Part shown: positions 10,662 to 19,686 of the stretch, piece after piece
How the letters are laid out: each line of letters opens with the position of its first letter
Position numbering within the stretch: position 1 is the first letter of the stretch
Source of the DNA: Shigella phage SH-1
Direction: 5' to 3' (one strand)
Sequence record: PQ642266
DNA: 64,000 nt
The notes under the pieces: model-generated
What the model was told of the DNA's origin: nothing
What the model saw: only the letters and a program-made list of their open reading frames with translations
Database searches by the model: none
Position numbers and translations under genes: made by a program

Positions 10662-11450
10662 ATGGCAATTGTAGGTGTTCCTGGCTGGATTGGTGAATCT
10701 GCCGTGAATGAAACTGGACAACGTTGGATGGATGCTGCGATGAGAGCAGTTCGTGTTTCAGTTCCTGGTTGGATGAGCTCAATGGCCGGACAATCTAAAG
10801 AAGTATATTACAGCATTGGTGCTAGCAATTCTTATAATAAAGACACACTAATAAATTATCTCAAATCTCAAGGTAGTACTCCTGTTGTTGTTACTATTAC
10901 TGGTAACTTAGTTTCTTCATCTGCCGGGCAACCTTGCTTAGATTTTCCTAGTTCATTAACTAATGCTTATGTAACGCTTATTATAAATGGCGGTGTAACA
11001 GTATATGGTCGCGGAGGACGCGGCGCGCAAGCGGGAAACCAGGCGGGTGAAGCTGGTGGTACTGCAATTAACAATGGTATAGGTACTCGTCTACGAATCA
11101 CTAACAATGGAGCAATCGCTGGCGGCGGCGGCGGTGGCGGCGGTTGGTCAGTAGACTATAACTTCACATTAGCAGGCGTTGCTGGCGGCGGTGGTGGTCG
11201 TCCGTTCGGTACTGGTGGTCGTGGTGGTCGTGGTAATGGCGGTAATGCATCGTTAACCGCCGCAGGTGGTAAAGTAACTGTTGATGGTAATAACATGAGT
11301 GGTGCAGGTGGTAACGTTGGCGCTGCTGGCGGCGCTGCTGTTCGTACATCAAACTATAACGCCAGCGGTGCGGGTGCAGCAGGTAAAGCTGTTACTGGTA
11401 ATGCTCCAACTTGGACTAAAGTTGGTACAATATATGGTTCAAGAGTATAA
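10662..11450 (+). CDS. 38: tail fibre adhesin gp38 (T2-type, glycine-rich motifs)
   Basis: 262 aa; poly-Gly tracts (GGGGGGGG, GGGGRPFGTGGRGGRGNGG) separating variable segments, typical of T2-like gp38 adhesins and unlike the shorter T4 gp38 chaperone. Confidence 0.85.
   Translation: MAIVGVPGWIGESAVNETGQRWMDAAMRAVRVSVPGWMSSMAGQSKEVYYSIGASNSYNKDTLINYLKSQGSTPVVVTITGNLVSSSAGQPCLDFPSSLTNAYVTLIINGGVTVYGRGGRGAQAGNQAGEAGGTAINNGIGTRLRITNNGAIAGGGGGGGGWSVDYNFTLAGVAGGGGGRPFGTGGRGGRGNGGNASLTAAGGKVTVDGNNMSGAGGNVGAAGGAAVRTSNYNASGAGAAGKAVTGNAPTWTKVGTIYGSRV
11121..11144 (+). repeat. (GGC/GGT)n trinucleotide tract encoding poly-Gly inside gene 38
   Basis: ggcggcggcggcggtggcggcggt read directly. Confidence 0.8.
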
Positions 11451-11481
11451 TTTTGAATAAATATCCTTAAAAGGAGGGTCT

Positions 11482-12138
11482 ATGGCAGCACCTAGAATAT
11501 CATTTTCGCCCTCTGATATTCTGTTGGGTGTTCTAGATCGCTTGTTCAAAGATAACGCTACCGGGAAAGTTCTTGCTTCCCGGGTAGCTGTCGTAATTCT
11601 TTTGTTTATAATGGCGATTGTTTGGTATAGGGGAGATAGTTTCTTTGAGTACTATAAGCAATCAAAGTATGAAACATACAGTGAAATTATTGAAAAGGAA
11701 AGAAATGCACGCTTTGAATCTGTCGCCCTGGAACAACTCCAGATAGTTCATATATCATCTGAGGCAGACTTTAGTGCGGTGTATTCTTTCCGCCCTAAAA
11801 ACTTAAACTATTTTGTTGATATTATAGCATATGAAGGAAAATTACCTTCAACAATAAGTGAAAAATCACTTGGAGGATATCCTGTTGATAAAACTATGGA
11901 TGAATATGCAGTTCATTTAAATGGACGTCATTATTATTCCAACTCAAAATTTGCTTTTTTACCAACTAAAAAGCCTACTCCCGAAATAAATTACATGTAC
12001 AGTTGTCCATATTTCAATTTGGATAATATCTATGCTGGAACAATAACCATGTACTGGTATAGAAATGATCATATAAGTAATGACCGCCTTGAATCAATAT
12101 GTTCTCAGGCGGCCAGAATATTAGGAAGGGCTAAATAA
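11482..12138 (+). CDS. t: holin / lysis timing protein
   Basis: 218 aa; matches T4 holin T (MAAPRISFSPSDILLGVLDRLFKDNATGKVLASRVAVVILLF...); AAGGAGG upstream. Confidence 0.9.
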   Translation: MAAPRISFSPSDILLGVLDRLFKDNATGKVLASRVAVVILLFIMAIVWYRGDSFFEYYKQSKYETYSEIIEKERNARFESVALEQLQIVHISSEADFSAVYSFRPKNLNYFVDIIAYEGKLPSTISEKSLGGYPVDKTMDEYAVHLNGRHYYSNSKFAFLPTKKPTPEINYMYSCPYFNLDNIYAGTITMYWYRNDHISNDRLESICSQAARILGRAK

Positions 12139-12411
12139 TTATTTGTTTGTATACATCTCTAGATATCGATATACACCCTCAAAACCCTCGTTGAATTCGT
12201 CGATGAGGGTTTTCTTATCTTCTTGAGTTAATTCAGAAACAATTTTACGGAATGAATTCTGATTTAACTTTCTACCTTCATGCGTTACTCCAATCTCATT
12301 CAGAAATGCAATAAAATTAACACGATTCTCAACAATATCTTCTCTGGAAAATTTAATCAAAATAGACGCAACAGTAATAATTTCACGAACTGTATCAATA
12401 TTTTTATTCAT
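12139..12411 (-). CDS. asiA: anti-sigma70 factor AsiA
   Basis: 90 aa; MNKNIDTVREIITVASILIKFSREDIVENRVNFIAFLNEIGVTHEGRKL... matches T4 AsiA. Confidence 0.9.
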   Translation of the reverse strand: MNKNIDTVREIITVASILIKFSREDIVENRVNFIAFLNEIGVTHEGRKLNQNSFRKIVSELTQEDKKTLIDEFNEGFEGVYRYLEMYTNK

Positions 12412-12423
12412 TAACTATACCAC

Positions 12424-12576
12424 TCAATTAGTTGACTTTACTATAATATCATCAGACGCTTGATTTGTAAACTGGTCTGTGGTATTTTCTTCAAAAATTT
12501 TTTCTACGAATTCCTTGAACGACTTACGTTCCTGAGCTACATTATGCTCGATTACCATTTCAAGATTATGACTCAT
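12424..12576 (-). CDS. hypothetical small protein (50 aa)
   Basis: ATG overlaps arn stop (ATGA); the asiA early promoter lies inside its coding sequence. Confidence 0.4.
   Translation of the reverse strand: MSHNLEMVIEHNVAQERKSFKEFVEKIFEENTTDQFTNQASDDIIVKSTN
12441..12472 (-). promoter_or_regulatory. sigma70-type early promoter (asiA)
   Basis: Minus strand GTTTACA, about 17 bp spacer, TATTAT/TATAGT. Confidence 0.5.
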
Positions 12577-12851
12577 TCGAAATAATCTTCAATTTCGTAA
12601 TCATGGACATAAATCATTATAGTTTTTAATACATCATCAATACTTTTTCCTGGAGCTGGAATTACGTAAAAATATCCTGCTTTTGAGAGGTCTTTATAAG
12701 TTCCAACCAAGAAATCATTATTCTCGAGATGTAGTTCTTCAACTAATTCATTGACAATTGAGTGGTATAAATTTGGTAGAAACTTATATAGCTTTTCTAG
12801 AATATCAATTTTGATTGTGTATTGAACCACAGACTGAGAATCAATAATCAT
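12573..12851 (-). CDS. arn: anti-restriction nuclease Arn (McrBC inhibitor)
   Basis: 92 aa acidic protein between asiA and motA as in T4. Confidence 0.75.
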   Translation of the reverse strand: MIIDSQSVVQYTIKIDILEKLYKFLPNLYHSIVNELVEELHLENNDFLVGTYKDLSKAGYFYVIPAPGKSIDDVLKTIMIYVHDYEIEDYFE

Positions 12852-12934
12852 AGACCTTCCCCTTATGTTTCTGTTTGCGATTAGATTCTTTAAACGCTTT
12901 CTTCTTATCCTTATGGACAGAAGCTTTATTAAAA

Positions 12935-13153
12935 TTATGTTTTGCGACTAAATTGTTCATAGTGCTGAATTACCTCTCTTAAACATTTGCATGTGAATGA
13001 AAACTTTTTAGCTACACCACATTCAAATATATGTTCTCTTAAATCACGTGTGTCAGTATATCCCATCTCAACGATAAAATGCCGTATTAGATTTTTATCT
13101 TTATCATTGAGAGAATTAAAATAATCGGATTTTGAATTAATTTCCCTGGCCAA
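12935..13153 (-). CDS. hypothetical protein (72 aa)
   Basis: Track ORF; first codon is TTG so true start uncertain. Confidence 0.4.
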   Translation of the reverse strand: MAREINSKSDYFNSLNDKDKNLIRHFIVEMGYTDTRDLREHIFECGVAKKFSFTCKCLREVIQHYEQFSRKT

Positions 13154-13433
13154 ATTGAATCACCTTCAGTTGACGTTTTAGTTCTTTTATCATTTCTTCG
13201 TTCATCGCAATATAAAGATCGCGTAAAGCAGGCTTTAGCATTCCATTTATTGGGGAACTAAATGGACATACATAATCTTTTCCTACGAGCTTTTTAGTGA
13301 ATTCCATATTACAGAACTGAAATGCCGGTTCATTGGCATAAATTCCCCATTTGGTTGACATCATTTTATTGGCATATTCCAATGCCTGGATTTGATTCAT
13401 AATTCCATCAATTTGAAACTTTTTAATATTCAT
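13137..13433 (-). CDS. hypothetical protein (98 aa)
   Basis: Track ORF tightly packed with neighbours. Confidence 0.5.
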   Translation of the reverse strand: MNIKKFQIDGIMNQIQALEYANKMMSTKWGIYANEPAFQFCNMEFTKKLVGKDYVCPFSSPINGMLKPALRDLYIAMNEEMIKELKRQLKVIQFGQGN

Positions 13434-13894
13434 TAGTAAAGGTCCTCAGAGTAAAGTTCTTTTTCACTACCACCGCGTTCAATACGTACTTGTCCGGCGT
13501 AAGTTGCAATAATCATTGCTTCTTCACGTGTCCAATAATTACTATATTGGTCAATAAACCCTTGGTCATCATCACAAACTTGTTGAGTAACTAATTGAGG
13601 TTTAACTACATCTAAAACTTCTGCCATATCTTTAGAATAATGACGAGCACCCGGAATAACAAGAGTTCGTCCATCTTTTAATTTAAAACGGTTGGCTGCG
13701 CAAACAATTCGTCGTTGATACTTTTGATTTTCGTCCCAATATGCAGACTGCCAACAGATTTCAGGAACTTCTTTCAGAATATCTTCTTCTGTGCATTTAT
13801 AACCATGCGCTTTAAATTTTTCAACAAGACTTTCTGGAGTTTCACGGGATAAAGGAACATTCAGCATTTTTAAACGATTAATAAACGGGTTCAT
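13433..13894 (-). CDS. hypothetical protein (153 aa)
   Basis: Track ORF; stop overlaps next start; no recognised motif. Confidence 0.55.
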   Translation of the reverse strand: MNPFINRLKMLNVPLSRETPESLVEKFKAHGYKCTEEDILKEVPEICWQSAYWDENQKYQRRIVCAANRFKLKDGRTLVIPGARHYSKDMAEVLDVVKPQLVTQQVCDDDQGFIDQYSNYWTREEAMIIATYAGQVRIERGGSEKELYSEDLY

Positions 13895-14220
13895 TTAAAC
13901 CATCCTTTAATACGTTGCCACAAAGTTTTCTGTTGAGCTTTGTTAACACCAATTGAGCGAATAACTGGTTGAGATTCCTGGAATTCTTTATAATCAGCAA
14001 GGTAAATTTCGTAAGCCGATTGAACAAAGGTACTAATCGCTGCCATGAAGTTCTTGCGAATTCCCATAGAGGCTTCAGAACCACCACGGATGATTAAATA
14101 TTTACCAGTCTTAATCTTTACGATAGTTCCAAGATAAGCTCCATGGTACCAGATGTCCCACCCCTCTTGAGTGGGTTCTGCACAACGACGAAGTTCATTA
14201 ACAATTTCTAACTTGTTCAT
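13891..14220 (-). CDS. hypothetical protein (109 aa)
   Basis: Track ORF; 4-nt overlap with downstream gene. Confidence 0.55.
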   Translation of the reverse strand: MNKLEIVNELRRCAEPTQEGWDIWYHGAYLGTIVKIKTGKYLIIRGGSEASMGIRKNFMAAISTFVQSAYEIYLADYKEFQESQPVIRSIGVNKAQQKTLWQRIKGWFK

Positions 14221-14230
14221 TATTTATTCC

Positions 14231-14866
14231 TCACAGTTCAGATGCTACGGTGATTACTGCTTCAATGTTTTCTGCTGAGCGTTTAATGTCAAGATACACA
14301 TTACCGTTTTTAGCGATTTTACATGACATTCCAATATCAGTAAATTTCTGAATATGATGTTCCATCATTTTGTATCCAAAAATTCGCATATTTCCATTGT
14401 TGTTAATTTCAAAATTACGAATTCCGTGAGTGCGTTTTTCTAAAATAGCGAGATAGTTACTACGATAAGTTTCAACCTTTTTAAGAACAAATCCATTTTC
14501 ATCTAAAAGTTTTAACATGAAGTCTTTATCTTCTTCCATATCGGAAGTAATCTCACGAGCTTTACGAGTTGCTCGTTTTTTCAGTAGTTCCGGAGCATTT
14601 TCCTGTGCGTATAAAGTTGCTGCATTTGAAATAATATCCTGAGCTTCACCAGTAATGATTAATCCATCACCAGATTTCTCCACCAGGCCTTTTTTAATCA
14701 ATACCCCAATATTACTATTAACTACTGCATTACCTAAATCTGGATGCACCTCACGAACTTCTGCAGCTGTAATGAAATCTTTCTTAGCAATGGTAATTAA
14801 AATTGCAGCAGTTTTTTCATTCAGAACATCGTTAGAAGCTTTGATGATGTAAGTTACTTTAGACAT
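14231..14866 (-). CDS. motA: middle transcription activator MotA
   Basis: 211 aa; MSKVTYIIKASNDVLNEKTAAILITIAKKDF... matches T4 MotA. Confidence 0.9.
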   Translation of the reverse strand: MSKVTYIIKASNDVLNEKTAAILITIAKKDFITAAEVREVHPDLGNAVVNSNIGVLIKKGLVEKSGDGLIITGEAQDIISNAATLYAQENAPELLKKRATRKAREITSDMEEDKDFMLKLLDENGFVLKKVETYRSNYLAILEKRTHGIRNFEINNNGNMRIFGYKMMEHHIQKFTDIGMSCKIAKNGNVYLDIKRSAENIEAVITVASEL

Positions 14867-14907
14867 TTTCTAATCTCCGTAATTCTGTATCAGTAGTTGA
14901 TAGTTGT

Positions 14908-14938
14908 ATAGTACCACAGTATGCTTTGGTTGTAAACC
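14908..14938 (-). promoter_or_regulatory. sigma70-type early promoter (motA)
   Basis: Minus strand GGTTTACA, 17 bp, tgTGgTACTAT extended -10, A/T-rich UP region. Confidence 0.65.
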
Positions 14939-14953
14939 GTTTTGTGAAAAAAT

Positions 14954-14985
14954 TTTTGAAATAAAAAAAGGAGAGCCGAGGCTCT
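14954..14985 (-). terminator. intrinsic terminator downstream of gene 52
   Basis: Minus strand GGAGAGCC-TCGG-CTCTCC hairpin followed by TTTTTTTA. Confidence 0.7.
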
Positions 14986-14993
14986 CCCTAAAA

Positions 14994-15143
14994 TTACTGC
15001 ATGACTGTGATAACTGTCATGATAACACGTTGAATTCCGAACGCAAGAAGACCTCCTGCTACAGCTGGAACAACACCTAAACCCGCCAGTAAAATGCTAC
15101 CAGATACTAATGCAGCGCTTGTAATACCTATGAATGGACTCAT
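14994..15143 (-). CDS. small hydrophobic membrane protein (49 aa)
   Basis: MSPFIGITSAALVSGSILLAGLGVVPAVAGGLLAFGIQRVIMTVITVMQ; ATG overlaps gene 52 stop (ATGA). Confidence 0.45.
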   Translation of the reverse strand: MSPFIGITSAALVSGSILLAGLGVVPAVAGGLLAFGIQRVIMTVITVMQ

Positions 15144-16468
15144 TTGATTTCCTCTAAATCTTTGGTGTATTCTGTAACTACATCAGTAGTTTTCCAATAT
15201 TCGTTTTCTTCTTTTTTGGCTTTAGCTTCTTCAGCAAGTTTCTTTGCTTCGTCGGAAGTCATATGAAAAATGTTCATTCCAACTAGTTTATCAACATAAG
15301 AAGAATACATATCAATTTTAGAAAGTTCTTCGGTCAGTTCTTTACGAGTTTTACCTTGTACAACAATTTCACCTGAAATTACTTTCTTAATGAAATGTGC
15401 CTTGGCAAAGGCTAAACGAAATGCTGATTCAGTTTCTTTGATTTTGTTATCAATTCGTTTTTGGACATAAGTTTTACGAACTTCAACGAAGTCTTTGATT
15501 AAATCAACTACGTTATCGTAAACTTGCAGTTTTCCTTTCTCATTAATGACGGTAATATTCTGAGAACGACGCTCAATCAACCCGAAGTCTTTCATAATTT
15601 TTGCATGACGTTCTTCTTCATTATCGCTCAAAGAGTATTCTTTTCGGAATTTAACTTTGAATCCAAAACCATGCTCACCACAAGCATCATCCCATGTAAT
15701 GAAGCCTTTATCTTCAAGCGGGTCTAAGATTTTACTCACATAAGTTTCACGATCATACTTATACGGAATCTCAGTGATATTCATTTGAGTTCGTGAAGTA
15801 AACTTGTACGTTCCACGAATTTCATATTGACCGTCAATTTCAACGACTTCACCGCGAAATTCTGGGAATTCTACCTTCGGTTTAGTTACTTTCTTTCCTT
15901 GAAGAGCTTGCAATACAGCTTTCTTGACAGAAGAAACACTATGAGGAAGAATGTAAGTTGCATAACCAGTTGCAATACCGGAAACACCATTAAGAAGAAC
16001 GGTAGGAATAATAGGCAAATAGAAAGCAGGCGGAATGTGTTCTTTATCTTGATGTACCGGAGCATATTCAGTATCTTTATATACGTTATAGAAATTTTTA
16101 CTTACACGAGCAAAAATATAACGACTTGCCGCTGCTTTTTGAACAGTACGAGAACCAAAGTTTCCTTGACCATCTAACAAAGGAAAGTTATTATTCCAAG
16201 TATTAGCCATCAAAGCCCCCGCGTCTTGCGCAGAGTTTTCACCATGATGATATCCAAGGTCTGCTACACCACCTGCAATAGAAGCAAGTTTGTGAAACTT
16301 ATCTTTATTTCCTCGCGCCAAATCAAGAGCTCGAGCAATAACAAATCGTTGGACTGGCTTAAATCCATCAATCATATTTGGAATAGCACGATTTTCAACC
16401 GTGTACATAGCATAAGCCAGTGCTTCATTATCAATGATACTTTTTAAATCGCGATTATTCAGTTGCAT
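15140..16468 (-). CDS. 52: DNA topoisomerase II medium subunit gp52
   Basis: 442 aa; matches T4 gp52 (MQLNNRDLKSIIDNEALAYAMYTVENRAIPNMIDGFKPVQRF...). Confidence 0.9.
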   Translation of the reverse strand: MQLNNRDLKSIIDNEALAYAMYTVENRAIPNMIDGFKPVQRFVIARALDLARGNKDKFHKLASIAGGVADLGYHHGENSAQDAGALMANTWNNNFPLLDGQGNFGSRTVQKAAASRYIFARVSKNFYNVYKDTEYAPVHQDKEHIPPAFYLPIIPTVLLNGVSGIATGYATYILPHSVSSVKKAVLQALQGKKVTKPKVEFPEFRGEVVEIDGQYEIRGTYKFTSRTQMNITEIPYKYDRETYVSKILDPLEDKGFITWDDACGEHGFGFKVKFRKEYSLSDNEEERHAKIMKDFGLIERRSQNITVINEKGKLQVYDNVVDLIKDFVEVRKTYVQKRIDNKIKETESAFRLAFAKAHFIKKVISGEIVVQGKTRKELTEELSKIDMYSSYVDKLVGMNIFHMTSDEAKKLAEEAKAKKEENEYWKTTDVVTEYTKDLEEIK

Positions 16469-16605
16469 AAATTTACCATACTAGTGAATGTAGTGCCATA
16501 ATAACATCAGAAATGAAAAGCACGACTTGAATTAATCCGAACATTACTCCATAATATAACGCTACCAATAAAGTAGCAAGGGCTAATGAATAGCCCAAGA
16601 TTTTC

Positions 16606-16764
16606 TTAATCATTGGTAGATAACAACACAAATGTTAAATATGCACACATACCCTGGGCTAAAGCTTGTGAAAACACACTGCTAACATCGATACAGATAG
16701 TTAAAACACATGCTACTATCCAACAAATAAATGAAATAACTCCTAATAGTTTTGCAATATTCAT
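16606..16764 (-). CDS. ac: small membrane protein, Ac-like
   Basis: 52 aa hydrophobic ORF (MNIAKLLGVISFICWIVACVLTICIDV...) between 52 and stp, where T4 ac lies. Confidence 0.5.
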   Translation of the reverse strand: MNIAKLLGVISFICWIVACVLTICIDVSSVFSQALAQGMCAYLTFVLLSTND

Positions 16765-16771
16765 ATTTTCC

Positions 16772-16852
16772 TCACTGGCGTCCGAAGACGCCTTTAGTTT
16801 TAAGATTGTTACGATAAAACTGCATTACATGTTCGTTATGGAAATTACTCAT
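16772..16852 (-). CDS. stp: Stp peptide (host anticodon nuclease modulator)
   Basis: 26 aa [26 protein letters not shown], matching T4 Stp as I recall it; ATG overlaps ndd stop. Confidence 0.75.
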
Positions 16853-17310
16853 TAGTATGCCTGCAAAACAAATTTAAAGTTATCAGCCAACATGCGGTTC
16901 ATTTCTTCAAGTGTTTGATACTCAGAATGATGATTACGAGTAAACGCCAAAGCTAACTGACCTTTTCCGAATCCCGTCGTCAGAGGTTTCATCTTAGAAG
17001 CAGGTAAATAAAATACCGTGTATGTAACATTGTTATTTGCAATAGTACGCGCAAGCTGAGACCGACGTTGACGAATATGACTTAGAACTGCGCTGAATCC
17101 TTGCTTAGAACGTTGATTACCTACATAAAATCGTGCAGACACACATGGATTACTAAATAGACGACCATCTAATTTACTTACTAAAAAGTAAAATCCAGGT
17201 TTAGATAAAATATCTTTATGTGGAACTCCCAAAAACCATTCACCGTTCTTGATTGTACCAATAACGGTAGCGCCTGCATTGTTCAGATCAGTAACAGTCA
17301 TATATTTCAT
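16852..17310 (-). CDS. ndd: nucleoid disruption protein Ndd
   Basis: Matches T4 Ndd from [28 protein letters not shown]...; ATG at 17310 (track ORF extends upstream). Confidence 0.85.
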
Positions 17311-17370
17311 ATTAATTTCCTCTAAATTATTTTCTACTCCAAGGCCGCATGAATACACACGGCCATTAAA

Positions 17371-17586
17371 TTAATCGTCGCAGTCGACGCTTAATTCCCA
17401 GAACTCTTCTACAGTATAAGTTTCAGTATCATTTTCAATACAGAAACGTTCATTACTGTTATTTGCTAAAGTAGCGTTAACTGTCATTTTCTCGCTAGTG
17501 CTCTTAAGAGGTGAAATACGAATTAACTGATCACCACTATCTAAGCAAAAAATTTCACCAACTTTTACATCTTTAAAGATTTTCAT
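17371..17586 (-). CDS. hypothetical protein (71 aa)
   Basis: Track ORF with ATG start. Confidence 0.5.
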   Translation of the reverse strand: MKIFKDVKVGEIFCLDSGDQLIRISPLKSTSEKMTVNATLANNSNERFCIENDTETYTVEEFWELSVDCDD

Positions 17587-17701
17587 AATTCACCTCAAGG
17601 AGTATAAAATCCAAATGCAGTTGTTGACCATCCCATCCAATATGGGAAATTTGCACCAATGTAAAACATAAGAATATAAAACCAAATGCTTAGTAAATTC
17701 A

Positions 17702-17899
17702 TTATTTTACACCATTCCAAATTGTTTCAACCACAGATTTTAAGCCATTTTGGTGAATATCCATTCCGACAACTGCCATCAAATAGATTCCAACTACAAC
17801 TGAACCTAAGGCAAAAATCAGCATGAAAATGAATAAAGCTGGAAAAATATTATCGAAAAACCATTCAATAAATGTAAAAGCACTGCGTTTACGCTTCAT
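17702..17899 (-). CDS. small membrane protein (65 aa)
   Basis: Hydrophobic; ATG at 17899 preceded by GAGGA; track start at 17920 is TTG. Confidence 0.45.
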   Translation of the reverse strand: MKRKRSAFTFIEWFFDNIFPALFIFMLIFALGSVVVGIYLMAVVGMDIHQNGLKSVVETIWNGVK

Positions 17900-17906
17900 A
17901 TTTTCC

Positions 17907-18020
17907 TCACATAAATCCAAAGTAAGCGTTTAATACATCAATCATTAAAACGATTGGGAATATACTCAAAACTACTAGTATTATAACTACATTCCATATA
18001 GCTTTAACAATCTTTTTCAT
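17907..18020 (-). CDS. small membrane protein (37 aa)
   Basis: MKKIVKAIWNVVIILVVLSIFPIVLMIDVLNAYFGFM; GGAGGAG upstream of ATG at 18020; early promoter just upstream. Confidence 0.4.
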   Translation of the reverse strand: MKKIVKAIWNVVIILVVLSIFPIVLMIDVLNAYFGFM

Positions 18021-18045
18021 TTTCTGCTCCTCCGTAGTTGATAGG

Positions 18046-18078
18046 GTAATAATACCACAGAGGAACAGTCTTGTAAAC
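18046..18078 (-). promoter_or_regulatory. sigma70-type early promoter
   Basis: Minus strand GTTTACA, 18 bp, TGgTATTAT. Confidence 0.55.
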
Positions 18079-18262
18079 AACTTTTTAAAAATATTCGTAA
18101 TAAATGTGAATACCAATCACTACTGCCGAAACTTGCGCAACCCACCACGCACAAGCAATAAGTACAGAATTAAAAATTTTCATAATAACCTCATCACAAA
18201 AGTAAATGTTAAACAAATCAATGGAATACTAATTAACCAAACAAAACACCACCATAATGAAC

Positions 18263-18526
18263 TCATAGTTCAATCTCAGCGATTTTCATTTCATTACTAT
18301 TAATAGCCGCTTTAAGACTATCTGAAAGAATTACATTCCAGTGGTCATTCATATGACCATTAACTAAGCGTGTAATTTCTTCAGGAGTTGAAAAATAAGG
18401 CGTATCAGACTCCCAGTGCGATAGTCCCAAGCGAGTATAAATCATACCTTCATCATCGCTAGAATATTCAACTGACACAAACTCATCAGTTATTTTATGT
18501 TTAGCGTAATAAAATTTAAATTTCAT
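18263..18526 (-). CDS. hypothetical protein (87 aa)
   Basis: Track ORF trimmed to first ATG. Confidence 0.5.
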   Translation of the reverse strand: MKFKFYYAKHKITDEFVSVEYSSDDEGMIYTRLGLSHWESDTPYFSTPEEITRLVNGHMNDHWNVILSDSLKAAINSNEMKIAEIEL

Positions 18527-18531
18527 TTTAC

Positions 18532-18738
18532 TCAATAATCCGCTAAAAGATCGACGATTGCATCACGAAGACACTTATTCGCAATACGTTTAAGAGCAAT
18601 TTCAGTTTCTGGAGCATTTTGAATAATCATTGAATTCAATTCAGCCTCAGCAAACTGAAGTTCTTTAACTAATTCAGCTTTATATTTTCCTTGCCCTTTC
18701 TTAGCTTTTGCTCGTTTTAATTCAGCTGTAGTAAACAT
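18532..18738 (-). CDS. hypothetical protein (68 aa)
   Basis: ATG at 18738 preceded by GGAGAATAAA; track ORF upstream part is translated promoter. Confidence 0.5.
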   Translation of the reverse strand: MFTTAELKRAKAKKGQGKYKAELVKELQFAEAELNSMIIQNAPETEIALKRIANKCLRDAIVDLLADY

Positions 18739-18772
18739 TTTATTCTCCAAATCCGTATCAGTTGATAGTTGT

Positions 18773-18803
18773 ATAGTACCACAGTCCTTGTGGTATGTAA
18801 ACC
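18773..18803 (-). promoter_or_regulatory. sigma70-type early promoter
   Basis: Minus strand GGTTTACA, 18 bp, TGgTACTAT; leader near-identical to promoters at 14908 and 44741. Confidence 0.6.
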
Positions 18804-18818
18804 GTTTTGTGAAAATTT

Positions 18819-19376
18819 TTAAATGGAAAGATACCATCCGTTGTAGTTGCTTTTTCTTACAACCTTACGAAGGTCTTCTCTATCACCGATGAACTTCGGA
18901 GTGTACTGGATGACACCTGGATGAATTTCTTTAGTGTTGAATATAATTATACAGTCAGCGACCTGATGATTCAGAATGGGCCCTAGATTTATTCCAGAAC
19001 CGTATGGATACTCTCCACTGCATCCAGTTGTTACCGAAATCCAACGTGAGTCAGTTTGATGTGTTTTGACTTCTACACGAAGCCCACAGTATTTTGGATG
19101 CGCCAGTACATCCCACGCATATGTATACGGGTCATTAACATCCTCTTGGCCTTTGTTAACATACCCGCTCAGCCAATCTGCTACAAAAAATTCTGCGTAC
19201 ACCGCAATACGGCATCTTTCGATAACTTCTGCTTTATCCTGATTAGGATTTTGTTTTAAAGAGTATCTTGCTGTATCAGCAATTTTGACCTTCATTTCAC
19301 TAGTCAAATCATTGTTCGATAGGGTAAATGTCGGAATCTGAAATAGTCTCTGTAAACCAGGATTCGTTTTCTGCAT
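18819..19376 (-). CDS. denB: endonuclease IV DenB
   Basis: 185 aa ORF immediately downstream of rIIB, size and position of T4 denB. Confidence 0.75.
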   Translation of the reverse strand: MQKTNPGLQRLFQIPTFTLSNNDLTSEMKVKIADTARYSLKQNPNQDKAEVIERCRIAVYAEFFVADWLSGYVNKGQEDVNDPYTYAWDVLAHPKYCGLRVEVKTHQTDSRWISVTTGCSGEYPYGSGINLGPILNHQVADCIIIFNTKEIHPGVIQYTPKFIGDREDLRKVVRKSNYNGWYLSI

Positions 19377-19436
19377 TAAACTTTCCTTTCACGTCGGAAT
19401 TACTGATATTCATATAATAAATCATAACTTCCCTTA

Positions 19437-19462
19437 AAACAAAAGGGCCGAAGCCCTTTTGT
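19437..19462. terminator. symmetric GC hairpin (GGGCCGAAGCCC core) flanked by T/A runs
   Basis: caaaagggccgaagcccttttg; folds on either strand. Confidence 0.5.
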
Positions 19463-19463
19463 T

Positions 19464-19658
19464 TTATTTGAATTGTGCAATTCTTTTCTCTAAACAATCT
19501 GCATAAGATTTCATTGAGATAAACTGCGAAAGCAACAGTTCTTGCTCAACTGCATTAACCGTTGAAAACTTTTCACTTTCTAAAAATTTACTCAATGCAT
19601 TAATTTTGAGCATTAATTGATCGTATTCTTCTTTTACTCGTGCTTGATAACCTAACAT
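19464..19658 (-). CDS. hypothetical protein (64 aa)
   Basis: ATG at 19658 with GAGGA upstream. Confidence 0.5.
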   Translation of the reverse strand: MLGYQARVKEEYDQLMLKINALSKFLESEKFSTVNAVEQELLLSQFISMKSYADCLEKRIAQFK

Positions 19659-19686
19659 AATTTTCCTCAGTAAGGGGCCGAAGCCC

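Noticed and set aside
11164-11352. 62-aa minus-strand His/Gln/Arg-rich ORF inside gene 38
   Set aside because: Reverse-complement reading of the GGC/GGT glycine-codon tract; composition artefact.
11456-11463. Possible late promoter upstream of gene t (AATAAATA)
   Set aside because: One mismatch to TATAAATA at the critical first position; not called.
12431-12448. Plus-strand TTGAC ... TATAAT pair upstream of asiA
   Set aside because: Spacer is only about 7 bp, incompatible with a sigma70 promoter; the matches belong to the minus-strand asiA promoter region.
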